Position numbers and translations under genes: made by a program. Below, piece by piece: positions 54,990-64,000 of a stretch of DNA of 64,000 nucleotides. The stretch spans positions 186,001-250,000 of the IMG/VR virus record IMGVR_UViG_3300020188_000808; one strand, given 5' to 3'. Within the stretch, counting starts at the first letter, position 1; the number at the start of each line of letters is the position of its first letter. Under the pieces are notes generated by a model that worked only from the letters and a program-made list of their open reading frames with translations, was not told where the DNA came from and searched no databases.

Positions 54990-57623
54990 TTAAACAATAG
55001 TTATGTTACCAACCATAGCTGAATGAATTGTACATTGGTATACTAACGTACTATCACTAATATCGTGTGGTACGGTAAATGTTTGTGTTCCTGTTTGTAA
55101 TCCTGAAATTCCTTCACTAAATGCCGCGCCACCGTTTGATACTCTAAATTCAAATGGATGAGTTGATCCTGTAGTATTTTTAAACACGTAGGTAAATCCT
55201 TTGTACAAAGTAAAGTTAGGATTATCAGTAGTACCACCAATTCCTGGACCACTAAATCTGTATGCAGTACTTCCATTTGCTGTAATAGTGTAATGAAGTA
55301 TAGGACCATCATGTTCTGCCCAAGCAGTTCCGTTGTACCAAATCATTGATCCTTCTATTGGATTAGCAATACTAACATTGTCGTCTGGTAGTGCTATCCA
55401 ATCATAGTCTGCTCCAGTCCAACTTAAAATTTCATTTGAATTTGCTGTAACTGTATTTAAATGTGCATCTACATCTGAGTTAGCATATACAGTATCTGTG
55501 AAAGTTGAATTAATTGTAATATTACCCTCAGCATCACTTGTAGTTGTAACATTTGTGCCGCCAACAAACTTAATACTTTCTTGATTGTTAACTATTCTTA
55601 GTGTGGAGTCATCTGCACCAACACTAAATCTAAAATCATCACTAGATGACTTCCAAGATGTACCATCCCAGAATTGCATTTGTCTTTCTGAACTATTATA
55701 AACTACATCGCCTGCTTGAGCAGTTAATGTTGACATTCCGTCGGTGTCATAAGATCCTAATCTTAATACTGTTTTTTGTAATACAACAGCATTAGCCGCA
55801 TCAAGTATAATATTACTTGCACTAGTAATAGTTGGAATACCTGTTGAACTTGAAAATATTTCTGGTGCTTCAATTTTACCAGTTGCTACTAAATTAACTC
55901 CTGTTAATGTATTAGTAGTTTTATTATAAACTAGATCTGCATCACCGCCAAATTCTCCGCCGTCATTAAACTGTACTTGTGTATCACTACCGCCTGGGAT
56001 CCCTGATCCACCACCACTTGCGGCATTAATAGTAATTGTGTCTGTTGCATCATTGGTTGTAATTGTTACGTTAGTACCAGCTACTAAAGTTAATGTATCA
56101 TTTGCAGTATCTGCAACAACATTGTTTGATCCTGCTACAATGATTGTACTAAACGAATTACCGCCTGCAATGTTATCAACCCAGGCTAAATTCCCTGAAC
56201 CATCTGTCTTTAAAATTTGGTTATTAGTACCGTCACCGTCTGGTAAGGTCCAAGTTACATTAGTTGTTAATGCCGCAGGACTCTTAAATGCGTTGTACTT
56301 AATGTTAGCAGTATCGTATAATCTTAATTCTTTACCACTAGTTAATCTAACAGCATCTGCAAAGTTAACTTCTGAAGCAGTACCTGTAATGTTACCGGTA
56401 ACAGCAAGTCCACTTGTTTGTGTACTAGTAGCAACAATAGTATTAAGTGAAATAACATTAGTATTTGGATTGTACGTAATGCCTGAATCTGTTTTTAATA
56501 TCTGTTGACTTCCATTACCTGCCGCAACAAACGGAATGTAATGACTTGCCGCAGTATTATCTAACTGAGTAGTAACAGTTGATGCATCTAAGTTGTTTAA
56601 TGCTCTAGGACGCCAATAACTGTTTCCGTTATCCCAACTTAGTACATAATTATCTACAGGTGTAACTACTGTTACATCTACATCGTCTAAGTCACCAATT
56701 GTTGAAATACCACCAGCTACTGTTCCTGGTTCCCATCTTGAATTTGAATTACTCCAAACTAGTGCTTGTCCATCTGCAGGAGTTGGTGCAACAACATTTG
56801 TTAAGTCACCTAATGCTCCTACTGTAATTGTAATATCACCTTCAGCTGTACTTGTAGTACTAATACCTGTACCACCTGAAATTTTAAATGATTCTCCGTT
56901 ACCAATTTGTCTTAGTGTTGAGTCATCAGCACCTATGCTAAATGATGTAAAGTTTTCACCTTCGTTCTGTAAAACTTTCCATTCTCCACTGTGAGCATAA
57001 TATGCTTTACCTGTTGCATGAACGTGTGCAAACATACCATGGTAAGTTGCCGCATCAGGTAAATCTTCTAACTGTGCAAATACGTTTGCAAAGTAAACTT
57101 TACCTGTTGTATTAATATCTTGGTTAGTAGTATTACCTCTTGTAAGTATTGACTGTAAGTTATCTGATTCAGTAATAACATTTGTAAATTTAAATGTTCC
57201 TGTTTCATGATTATAATATATAACTTTTCCATCATCACCACTAGTAACAGGATCAACATTGTTTAAACTTGATAAGTTAGTTGACTGTATACGAGCATCA
57301 ACTCTTGCAGTTGAGTAATATAAATTAGTAAGTCCTTCTGGAATACTATCAGTATCAGTACCAAACACTAAGTATCCTGAGTCGTTTGCAAATGCACTTA
57401 TTGCACTTGGTACAACAGGAATAATTGGTTTGTTAGTTAGATCGTTGTAGTTACCACTGAATGGATTATTGAATGATACTCCGTTAATTGTAACGTCTGT
57501 AGCATTTACAGTTCCAACATTAGTAAGCCCAGCGTTACCTAAATCTAAATTATCACCTGCTGGTAATTCTTTGATTTTGTTGTCATCTAATGTGTCAACT
57601 ATAAGTGGTATTCTATTTGCCAT
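54990..57623 (-). CDS. tail fibre-like protein with a C-terminal cupredoxin-like domain
   Basis: Repeated FSxGADDSTLR modules, T/G-rich; ends HPF...YQCTIHSAMVG; late promoter at 57642..57649. Confidence 0.75.
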   Translation of the reverse strand: MANRIPLIVDTLDDNKIKELPAGDNLDLGNAGLTNVGTVNATDVTINGVSFNNPFSGNYNDLTNKPIIPVVPSAISAFANDSGYLVFGTDTDSIPEGLTNLYYSTARVDARIQSTNLSSLNNVDPVTSGDDGKVIYYNHETGTFKFTNVITESDNLQSILTRGNTTNQDINTTGKVYFANVFAQLEDLPDAATYHGMFAHVHATGKAYYAHSGEWKVLQNEGENFTSFSIGADDSTLRQIGNGESFKISGGTGISTTSTAEGDITITVGALGDLTNVVAPTPADGQALVWSNSNSRWEPGTVAGGISTIGDLDDVDVTVVTPVDNYVLSWDNGNSYWRPRALNNLDASTVTTQLDNTAASHYIPFVAAGNGSQQILKTDSGITYNPNTNVISLNTIVATSTQTSGLAVTGNITGTASEVNFADAVRLTSGKELRLYDTANIKYNAFKSPAALTTNVTWTLPDGDGTNNQILKTDGSGNLAWVDNIAGGNSFSTIIVAGSNNVVADTANDTLTLVAGTNVTITTNDATDTITINAASGGGSGIPGGSDTQVQFNDGGEFGGDADLVYNKTTNTLTGVNLVATGKIEAPEIFSSSTGIPTITSASNIILDAANAVVLQKTVLRLGSYDTDGMSTLTAQAGDVVYNSSERQMQFWDGTSWKSSSDDFRFSVGADDSTLRIVNNQESIKFVGGTNVTTTSDAEGNITINSTFTDTVYANSDVDAHLNTVTANSNEILSWTGADYDWIALPDDNVSIANPIEGSMIWYNGTAWAEHDGPILHYTITANGSTAYRFSGPGIGGTTDNPNFTLYKGFTYVFKNTTGSTHPFEFRVSNGGAAFSEGISGLQTGTQTFTVPHDISDSTLVYQCTIHSAMVGNITIV

Positions 57624-57656
57624 TTTGTTTTCCTATATCCATATTTATCGTACTCA

Positions 57657-58478
57657 TTATAGTGCCGCTATTCTTACTTGGAAGTCAGCAAAGTCGGCAC
57701 TTGCCGCTACTTCTGTTTTCAGTGTTGTTAAACTAATTGTTTCTGCTTGTAATGCAGTATCCGCCAATGCACCTTGTGCTGATGTTGCCGCATCTGTGAT
57801 TCCATAACCTGATAGTGTAGTTGGTGTACTTGTAATGTCGCCAAATGCAACGGTTGTTAAGAAATTTGTTCCTGTAATAGTAGCACCTGTAAAGTCTACT
57901 GTTGTACCACTTGGATAATCTACTGTGTTAGTTCCACTACCAATAGTAACTGTACCACTTGTAGATCCGCCAATGTCAATACTAGCCAATGCGGCACCTA
58001 TTAAAGTAATACCTGCTGTGCCTCCTATTGTAACACCAGTAACTGCACTTGTTGTTACTGTAGCAACTCCAAGTCCGTCATCCAATGCTGATTGTGTTGG
58101 TATTGTTAAATTTGTTAATGCTGAACCATCTAATGCTGGTAAGTTACCTACTAGCACACTAGAGTTAATAGTGCCTGCAACACCGTCAATTATTAATGTA
58201 CTGTTATCAGCAAATACACTACCTGTCACGTCACCGTCTAATGCACCTACAAATGATCCGTAGTGTGTATTAGTAGCTGAACTATATGCTAATGAACTAT
58301 CTTGTGCAAAAATATCACCTTGTATGTCTTGTGCAACGGCAACGCCACCACCTTCAAGTACAACTACTCTAGCATATAAATCTGTAAAGTTTGCATTAAC
58401 TTTAGTAAACGCAACTCTAATAGGATCTCCATCACCTTTGTTAGCATATGTGCCAATGTTTATAGTTTGTTGTGCCAT
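57657..58478 (-). CDS. structural/fibre protein with a gp9/gp10-like N-terminus
   Basis: INIGTYANKGDGDPIRVAFTKVNANF. Confidence 0.72.
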   Translation of the reverse strand: MAQQTINIGTYANKGDGDPIRVAFTKVNANFTDLYARVVVLEGGGVAVAQDIQGDIFAQDSSLAYSSATNTHYGSFVGALDGDVTGSVFADNSTLIIDGVAGTINSSVLVGNLPALDGSALTNLTIPTQSALDDGLGVATVTTSAVTGVTIGGTAGITLIGAALASIDIGGSTSGTVTIGSGTNTVDYPSGTTVDFTGATITGTNFLTTVAFGDITSTPTTLSGYGITDAATSAQGALADTALQAETISLTTLKTEVAASADFADFQVRIAAL

Positions 58479-61400
58479 TATACTCTCCCTACCACTGCTT
58501 CAACTGTGCCATGACCGGGATCATCTTTGGCTTGTAATGCTTTACCAATTACAGTTCCAACACTAGGGTTTGAACTTGCTATTGCGTAACCTGGAATACT
58601 TGCTGAAACAAGCATATCACCTTTGCGTACTATGCCAACAACATTTACAGGAACTCTACCTTGTAATGCTATTGCAGTAACGTGTTCGCCTTCTAAACCA
58701 CTGTTCATTAAGTAACCTGGTTTCTCTGAAACTACACCAGCTACCCTTGTGTCGTCTTTTAATTTTGTACTTGTTAGTTCTTGTTCACCGCCAAATATCA
58801 ATACAGTACCAACAGCGTAGTCTTGGTCTGCTAAATAATTCTCTGCTAAGTCAGCATAACGTGATTGTGTTGATGTACCATCTATTACCGTTGCATAAAC
58901 AGTATTGTATCTATTCGAACTTGTACCAATATTATACGTATCGTGTAGTCCTGGTTCAAATCCTGTTGATGTTGTTTTAACAACTACTGCACCGTCACTA
59001 ATTAACGCAATCTGTCCTGCCGCACTATAACCTGTGTTAGCACCAATACCAATACCTGTTGAGTTTGCATCAAGTTCACCTGGTGCTTCAATAAAGCTAC
59101 TGTGTATCCAATCAACTGCTAGTCTGCTTTCGCCTGCTAGTGCTGAGTTAGTTTGGAATGATCCTTGTGTAACTCCTGTTGCTCCAATGTTAACCGATCC
59201 TGGAATTTCAATTGTTGGTGTAACTGAACCAGCTGATGTCATAAACAATGCACCACCAGGTGTTGAAAGTTGTATTTCATTACCGCTAGTATCTAGTATT
59301 AAGTAGTTGTCAACTTTAAGACCTTGTACACTTGCTACTCCAACACCGTCTGTTTTAACAAGAGAGTTTATTGCTCCTGTTGTACTAACATTTTCTTGTA
59401 CACCGCCACCTTCACTAACAATAGTTGCAAATGGAACTTCACTTACATCACCGTTACTTGAGTCACCAGCCGCTCTACCAATTACAGTACCGTCGGCAAT
59501 GTTAATAATTTTTCTATAGTCTAAAGCACCATTGTCAATTGTAATCCAACCACTGTCTGCTGTAAATATATCACTATCAAAACTAGCAACACCTAAATCA
59601 TTCTGTGTAATACCAGTTGCGTTAGCTCTTGTACTTGCAGTTTCTAATGCTAGTTTACTTTGTTGTATACCTGCACTTGCATTTACATCAGCATTAATAA
59701 TACTATCAGGTCTAAGTCTTAGATCAACAGTTGCTCCTGTGCCACTTCTAGCAACAACAATATTAACATCTGAACTTGCTAGTTCAACTAAGTTTGCAAA
59801 TTCATCAATTGGTCCTGTTTTAACTTGTGCTGACACACCGCCTGCTGTTGAAACAATATCTGAATTTAGTATTGTTCCTGTTACTGCGGTGTATGTAATT
59901 AAGTTTTCTGCTTCACCATTGCGTGTAACATTTGTAATTTCTACAATAGTACCTGTTGCACTTGATCCGTTACCTGTAATAGTATCGCCTGCTACAAAGT
60001 TACCACCAGTTGCAGGTTGTGTATAAATTCTAAACTTACCTGTTGAACCAATAAGTTGATTTCCAGCTAACCCATTAGTTTTCATATCAATTAATTCAGG
60101 AATAGTATCACCGGAATCAATTAACCCGTCAACATAACTCTTAGTTGCCGCTTCTTGATCACTTGACGGATCAGCTAAGTTTGTAAATGTAAATCCACCA
60201 GCGTTGATATTAGCTGTTAAAGATGTTGTACCGTCTCTTGCTAATGCACCTGGACCAATAATATTAGCGTATGGGTTACCACCGTGGTCCCAACCTAATC
60301 TTCTTGCAACATACCCACGTACTGCTGATTCAACCGGAACTGTATCAGTAGCGTTATCAGTCATGCCGTCATCAGCACTAAATTCTGCTACAACAACACC
60401 ACGTTTAAATCCAATACCATCCAAATTACTCAATGCAATCGAAGCACTAAATGTAACTGTACCTGTACCTTGGTCAACTGTAAAGAACTTACCTACTCTA
60501 AAGAAACCGTCTTCATCTGTACTTACGTAGAATACTCTACCCTTATCTCGTTCGTCAACTTGTCTAGCAGTTTGTTTAGGTTGTGTTGGTTGTCCTAGTA
60601 CAACATTTGGATAGTTACTTGTGTTAAAGCCACCTGTACCAATGTTTAAGAAGTCATGTCCTGTTGCTCTAGTTGTTGAAATGTTAACAGTAATGTTACC
60701 GCCTTCACCACTAATTAATCCTACTCTCAATGTAACTGTATTAGTTGCATTATAAACTGAACTTACAATACCTGCCGCCGATGCCGGACTGTTAATGTCT
60801 GATCCAGCCAAGTCTTGAATGGCAATAGTACCATAGCCTGTTCTTTGTGTGTATCCTGTAACAGTATGCGTTTTACCATTCCAGGTAAAGATCATGTCAC
60901 CTGCATTAAGTTGATCTAATTGTTTCTGTGAGAAAATACTAACAACAGCAATAACATTATCACCTGCTGTAGCACCCATTGTAGTACCTGTACCAGCATA
61001 AGTGCTTAACTGTGAATTTGTTTCGTCAACAACAAGTTTGATATATTCATATGTACTATCAAGTCTAACTTGCTGTGTTCCTGCCGGTAAAGCATTACCC
61101 AATGCGTTTGTAGTATTAAAACTAATAACTCTATAAATTGTATTAGGTTCTTGATCAAATATTAATGCACTACTTGGTCTAGTTGTTGCAACATCAACTC
61201 CTGATAGTTCAAGAGTTTGTCCAATTCTAATAGTACCAATTTGACCGTTTGTTAATACTGCTTTAAGTCCTGTTGTACTAGTTTGGTTAGCACCTGTTGT
61301 TGCCATGTTTAATTTATAAACAGTACTGTTAATAACACCAGTTGGAGGTGATACAGGTTGTGTTATCGCTTCAACAGTTGTAATTTCGTATCTAGTAGTT

Positions 61401-64000
61401 CCTAATACTCCGCCGTGATCAATTTCAATTTCTGAATTTGTTCTTGGAGGTGTAGCAAACTCGTATGCATATATAAACAGTTGATCTTCTGCGTGATCAA
61501 AATCGGCACCATCGTCAAAGATTTTAAATGGTGTAGTAAAGTTGTTTCCAGTTGTAATAATGTCCGGAATTTCGTTTGGATCTGAACCTGTACTTACTAG
61601 TCCGTATTCTCCATATGCGTTAGATCCGTTAAGTGATCTAATTTCTGAACCACTGCCTGCATAGTATGCCGCTTGACAATAATATGTAAACTGTGATACA
61701 AGCTCTGAAAGTCCTGTGTTAACAGCAACAGTACCGTAACCTAAGTCGTTAACTTGTGTAAAGTCGTTTGCTAACATACTTCTGTTACCAGCTGTTTGTA
61801 ACACAATGTTAGTTGGCATAGGTTGATCAAAACCAGTTCCACTATTTGAAGTTGGATCTAATATAAGTGTTGCAGTACCTGCCGCCTGATCATAACTAGT
61901 AATTGCATTTACCTGGAAACGCTTGCCGTTAATATAAAATGGGCTTGGTACTTGTGGACGCTTAATTCTTAGTCCTTCACCTGCCGCACTTTGTACGTTT
62001 AGTGTGAAGTTATCTGTTTTACTGTTTACAACAGTTCGTAAGTTACCAACAAATCCGTCAATAAACATACCGCCTCTAAATGCTTGTTTATTAATACTCT
62101 GTGAGAAACTTGTTCCTGTTTGAATGTATGGTGATTTAGTTAGTACTACTCCTTCTGGATCTAGTACACACATAAAGCCACCGTGTCCCTGTACACTCAT
62201 GTTACGTACGATAGTTGCGTCATTCATTAAGAAGACGTCCATATCTTTGTTTTCTTTTGGTGTACTTGAAGCGTTAGTATAATCTGTTAAGTAATGGTAA
62301 CCATAACTTGGTGAGTCAAGTGCTGGTAATACAGCAAGTCCGTTAGTAATAACGTTACCAACCATGTCAAGCAATGTACCAACTTGTGTACTTGCCGCCG
62401 CTTCAGCCGCTGTAGAGTCAATTGTTTGTGTTGTTCTTATAGGGTTTTGTAAACTTGTATATGTAGCGTTAGCAAAAATATATGTTTGAATTATTGCTTT
62501 TAGCTGTGCCATTGCGGCTGTAGTTTGTGCTTCTTGTCCGTTAACTAAACTAACAACACCGTCATAATATCTTGATGCATTAAGATGTGTTTTTTCATTA
62601 CCACTCCATCTAATATCATATATTAATCCGTCAATGATAATTCCTGCATCTCTTTCACATTTTTGTTTATCGTAAGTAAAGCCAGCCCAAATTCCAGTAC
62701 CAATTACAATCTGTGCTTCAATCCAAGCTACAACTTCATCTTTAAGAAATTCTTTGTTTGCAGTTAAGAGTTCAATAGCATTTGGGTTGTATTCCGGTTT
62801 TAATGCAAGACCATCAAATTCAGGTTCTCTATAAAAATAAGTATTAGCCCAAATTGATGTACTTGTACCTGGAGCTGGTTTAATATTAACACGTCTAAAC
62901 TCGTCACCTTTTATTGATACTCCTGCTGGAATCTTAATTGGAAACTGTTCTAAGTATGTACCCGACTCAACATGGATACTGATATCTTTGGTTGAAAACT
63001 TATTACCATAATCAATTTCTTCGCCAACTACTGGAGTAATTGGTTCAAGTAATTCTATTTCAATAGTATCAACTGCTGGACCTCTTGTTGTTGATACAAT
63101 TCTACCAACTGCTCCAGAAGTCCTAAATGACATTAGTTTGCCTGGTACTAAGTCTTGGTTTGAAATAATGTTTTGGTCAACATAACCTTGACCACCATTG
63201 GTAATTGTAACAGTCCATGTGCTACCTTCAACTGTTTGTGGAGCACTAGCAATAGTTGGTCCTGTTACGATTGTTTTAACAATATCCCATTTTGCCGCTA
63301 CTGCTGTTTGTCCAACTAAGTCAACTACTTGTGCCGGAATAGTAACCTGTGTACTAACATTTTGATATAAATTAGTTTCTACTGTGTTAGTAATAACTTT
63401 AGCATGTAGAGCTTTGGCAAAGTTAAGTGACGCTATTGTTTCAGTATATTGTGTACGTCTAGCAATCTGTCCACTTGCACTACTGTAATATCTTAATCCA
63501 GCATTTCTACTGTGATAGTTTGCAAAGGTTCCATCTAAAATATCTAATACAATACCTTCTGCAATAAATCCTAAATCTCTACGACATAATGTTTCGTCAT
63601 ATAATAAGTTTGGAAATTGATCTGCTAGGTATGCAATAGTTTCATCTATAATAAATTGTTTGTTTGCATCTGTAAGAATTTTAACTTCTTCATAACCGCT
63701 ACTACTAGTAACGCCACTTGATGCAACAGTTGAATTAGTTAGCCCATTGCCATATGTAATTCGTTGTTGATAAGGTCCTAAGTTAACAGGACTTGTTATA
63801 ATAATTTCTTCTGCTTTTGCCGCCGCGGCCGCAACTGAAGCATATGAATAGTTCCATGAACGACCTTCTTGACCAACTGGAACGTTAGCCATTGTATCGT
63901 CACCTTTGGTACTTACATATAAGTTTGTTTTAGAAGGGTATGCACTATTGTCTACATAATATTTTGTAACTGCTTGTAAATCTGTAATACCGCCTGGCGT
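58478..64000 (-). CDS. very large tail/virion protein with a C-terminal autocleavage (peptidase G2/IMC-like) domain; 5' end lies beyond the window
   Basis: Frame is open from 64000 (TPGGITDLQAVTKYYVD...) through the track Met at 63892; C-terminal YADLAENY...AGVVS...GRVPV. Confidence 0.8.
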   Translation of the reverse strand, partial: TPGGITDLQAVTKYYVDNSAYPSKTNLYVSTKGDDTMANVPVGQEGRSWNYSYASVAAAAAKAEEIIITSPVNLGPYQQRITYGNGLTNSTVASSGVTSSSGYEEVKILTDANKQFIIDETIAYLADQFPNLLYDETLCRRDLGFIAEGIVLDILDGTFANYHSRNAGLRYYSSASGQIARRTQYTETIASLNFAKALHAKVITNTVETNLYQNVSTQVTIPAQVVDLVGQTAVAAKWDIVKTIVTGPTIASAPQTVEGSTWTVTITNGGQGYVDQNIISNQDLVPGKLMSFRTSGAVGRIVSTTRGPAVDTIEIELLEPITPVVGEEIDYGNKFSTKDISIHVESGTYLEQFPIKIPAGVSIKGDEFRRVNIKPAPGTSTSIWANTYFYREPEFDGLALKPEYNPNAIELLTANKEFLKDEVVAWIEAQIVIGTGIWAGFTYDKQKCERDAGIIIDGLIYDIRWSGNEKTHLNASRYYDGVVSLVNGQEAQTTAAMAQLKAIIQTYIFANATYTSLQNPIRTTQTIDSTAAEAAASTQVGTLLDMVGNVITNGLAVLPALDSPSYGYHYLTDYTNASSTPKENKDMDVFLMNDATIVRNMSVQGHGGFMCVLDPEGVVLTKSPYIQTGTSFSQSINKQAFRGGMFIDGFVGNLRTVVNSKTDNFTLNVQSAAGEGLRIKRPQVPSPFYINGKRFQVNAITSYDQAAGTATLILDPTSNSGTGFDQPMPTNIVLQTAGNRSMLANDFTQVNDLGYGTVAVNTGLSELVSQFTYYCQAAYYAGSGSEIRSLNGSNAYGEYGLVSTGSDPNEIPDIITTGNNFTTPFKIFDDGADFDHAEDQLFIYAYEFATPPRTNSEIEIDHGGVLGTTRYEITTVEAITQPVSPPTGVINSTVYKLNMATTGANQTSTTGLKAVLTNGQIGTIRIGQTLELSGVDVATTRPSSALIFDQEPNTIYRVISFNTTNALGNALPAGTQQVRLDSTYEYIKLVVDETNSQLSTYAGTGTTMGATAGDNVIAVVSIFSQKQLDQLNAGDMIFTWNGKTHTVTGYTQRTGYGTIAIQDLAGSDINSPASAAGIVSSVYNATNTVTLRVGLISGEGGNITVNISTTRATGHDFLNIGTGGFNTSNYPNVVLGQPTQPKQTARQVDERDKGRVFYVSTDEDGFFRVGKFFTVDQGTGTVTFSASIALSNLDGIGFKRGVVVAEFSADDGMTDNATDTVPVESAVRGYVARRLGWDHGGNPYANIIGPGALARDGTTSLTANINAGGFTFTNLADPSSDQEAATKSYVDGLIDSGDTIPELIDMKTNGLAGNQLIGSTGKFRIYTQPATGGNFVAGDTITGNGSSATGTIVEITNVTRNGEAENLITYTAVTGTILNSDIVSTAGGVSAQVKTGPIDEFANLVELASSDVNIVVARSGTGATVDLRLRPDSIINADVNASAGIQQSKLALETASTRANATGITQNDLGVASFDSDIFTADSGWITIDNGALDYRKIINIADGTVIGRAAGDSSNGDVSEVPFATIVSEGGGVQENVSTTGAINSLVKTDGVGVASVQGLKVDNYLILDTSGNEIQLSTPGGALFMTSAGSVTPTIEIPGSVNIGATGVTQGSFQTNSALAGESRLAVDWIHSSFIEAPGELDANSTGIGIGANTGYSAAGQIALISDGAVVVKTTSTGFEPGLHDTYNIGTSSNRYNTVYATVIDGTSTQSRYADLAENYLADQDYAVGTVLIFGGEQELTSTKLKDDTRVAGVVSEKPGYLMNSGLEGEHVTAIALQGRVPVNVVGIVRKGDMLVSASIPGYAIASSNPSVGTVIGKALQAKDDPGHGTVEAVVGRV

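Noticed and set aside
1457-60530. Many plus-strand ORFs of 60-156 aa (e.g. 3517..3894, 13138..13542, 29586..29984, 47679..48134, 56038..56508, 59532..60026)
   Set aside because: Antisense shadows of clear minus-strand genes, with no recognisable motifs.
1-64000. Stop-codon recoding, as seen in some jumbo phages
   Set aside because: Recognised enzymes are full-length in the standard code, gene packing is tight, and TAA, TAG and TGA all occur as genuine stops.
1-64000. tRNA genes, CRISPR arrays, integrases/transposases, reverse transcriptase or DGR
   Set aside because: Intergenic gaps are nearly all under 160 nt, and I saw no cloverleaf, spaced repeat array or such motifs by eye; tRNAscan-SE and a CRISPR finder would confirm.

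Overview
AT-rich segment of a large T4-related tailed phage genome (Caudoviricetes, probably a marine jumbo myovirus of a Gram-negative host). It is densely coded, and every credible gene is on the minus strand except phoH. In coordinate order: (i) ~1.6-21 kb, replication and DNA modification: T4-type RNase H, gp45-like clamp, family B polymerase, DEDDh exonuclease, and an interspersed 7-deazaguanine pathway (QueE, FolE, a QueD-paralog with an LxxxHRHxF motif, and a DpdA/TGT-like transglycosylase). The same stretch carries a GT-B glycosyltransferase, PRTase, HIT hydrolase, NDP-sugar epimerase and several 2OG-Fe(II)/cupin oxygenases. (ii) ~21-27 kb, modular proteins that look packaged into the head and cleaved after Glu. 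(iii) ~28-32 kb, a dnaJ-def-clpA proteostasis operon. (iv) ~32-37 kb, membrane and lysis genes (mini-MscS, spanin pair, GH108 endolysin, a small lipoprotein missed by the ORF track, and an unusual S74-chaperoned fibre). (v) ~37-45 kb, phoH, thyX, parvulin, ferredoxin, clamp loader, cytidylyltransferase, MazG, GroES and a DnaE fragment. (vi) 45-64 kb, baseplate and tail proteins, including a YHYH protein, two subtilisin-like proteases and fibres; the last ORF runs off the window. Two promoter classes are visible: near-consensus sigma70 promoters and T4-late-like (G)ATAAATA motifs. The best candidate for a new system is a possibly clamp-tethered 7-deazaguanine DNA-modification pathway with extra tailoring enzymes (glycosyltransferase, oxygenases). 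All family assignments come from motif recognition by eye; no database searches were run.
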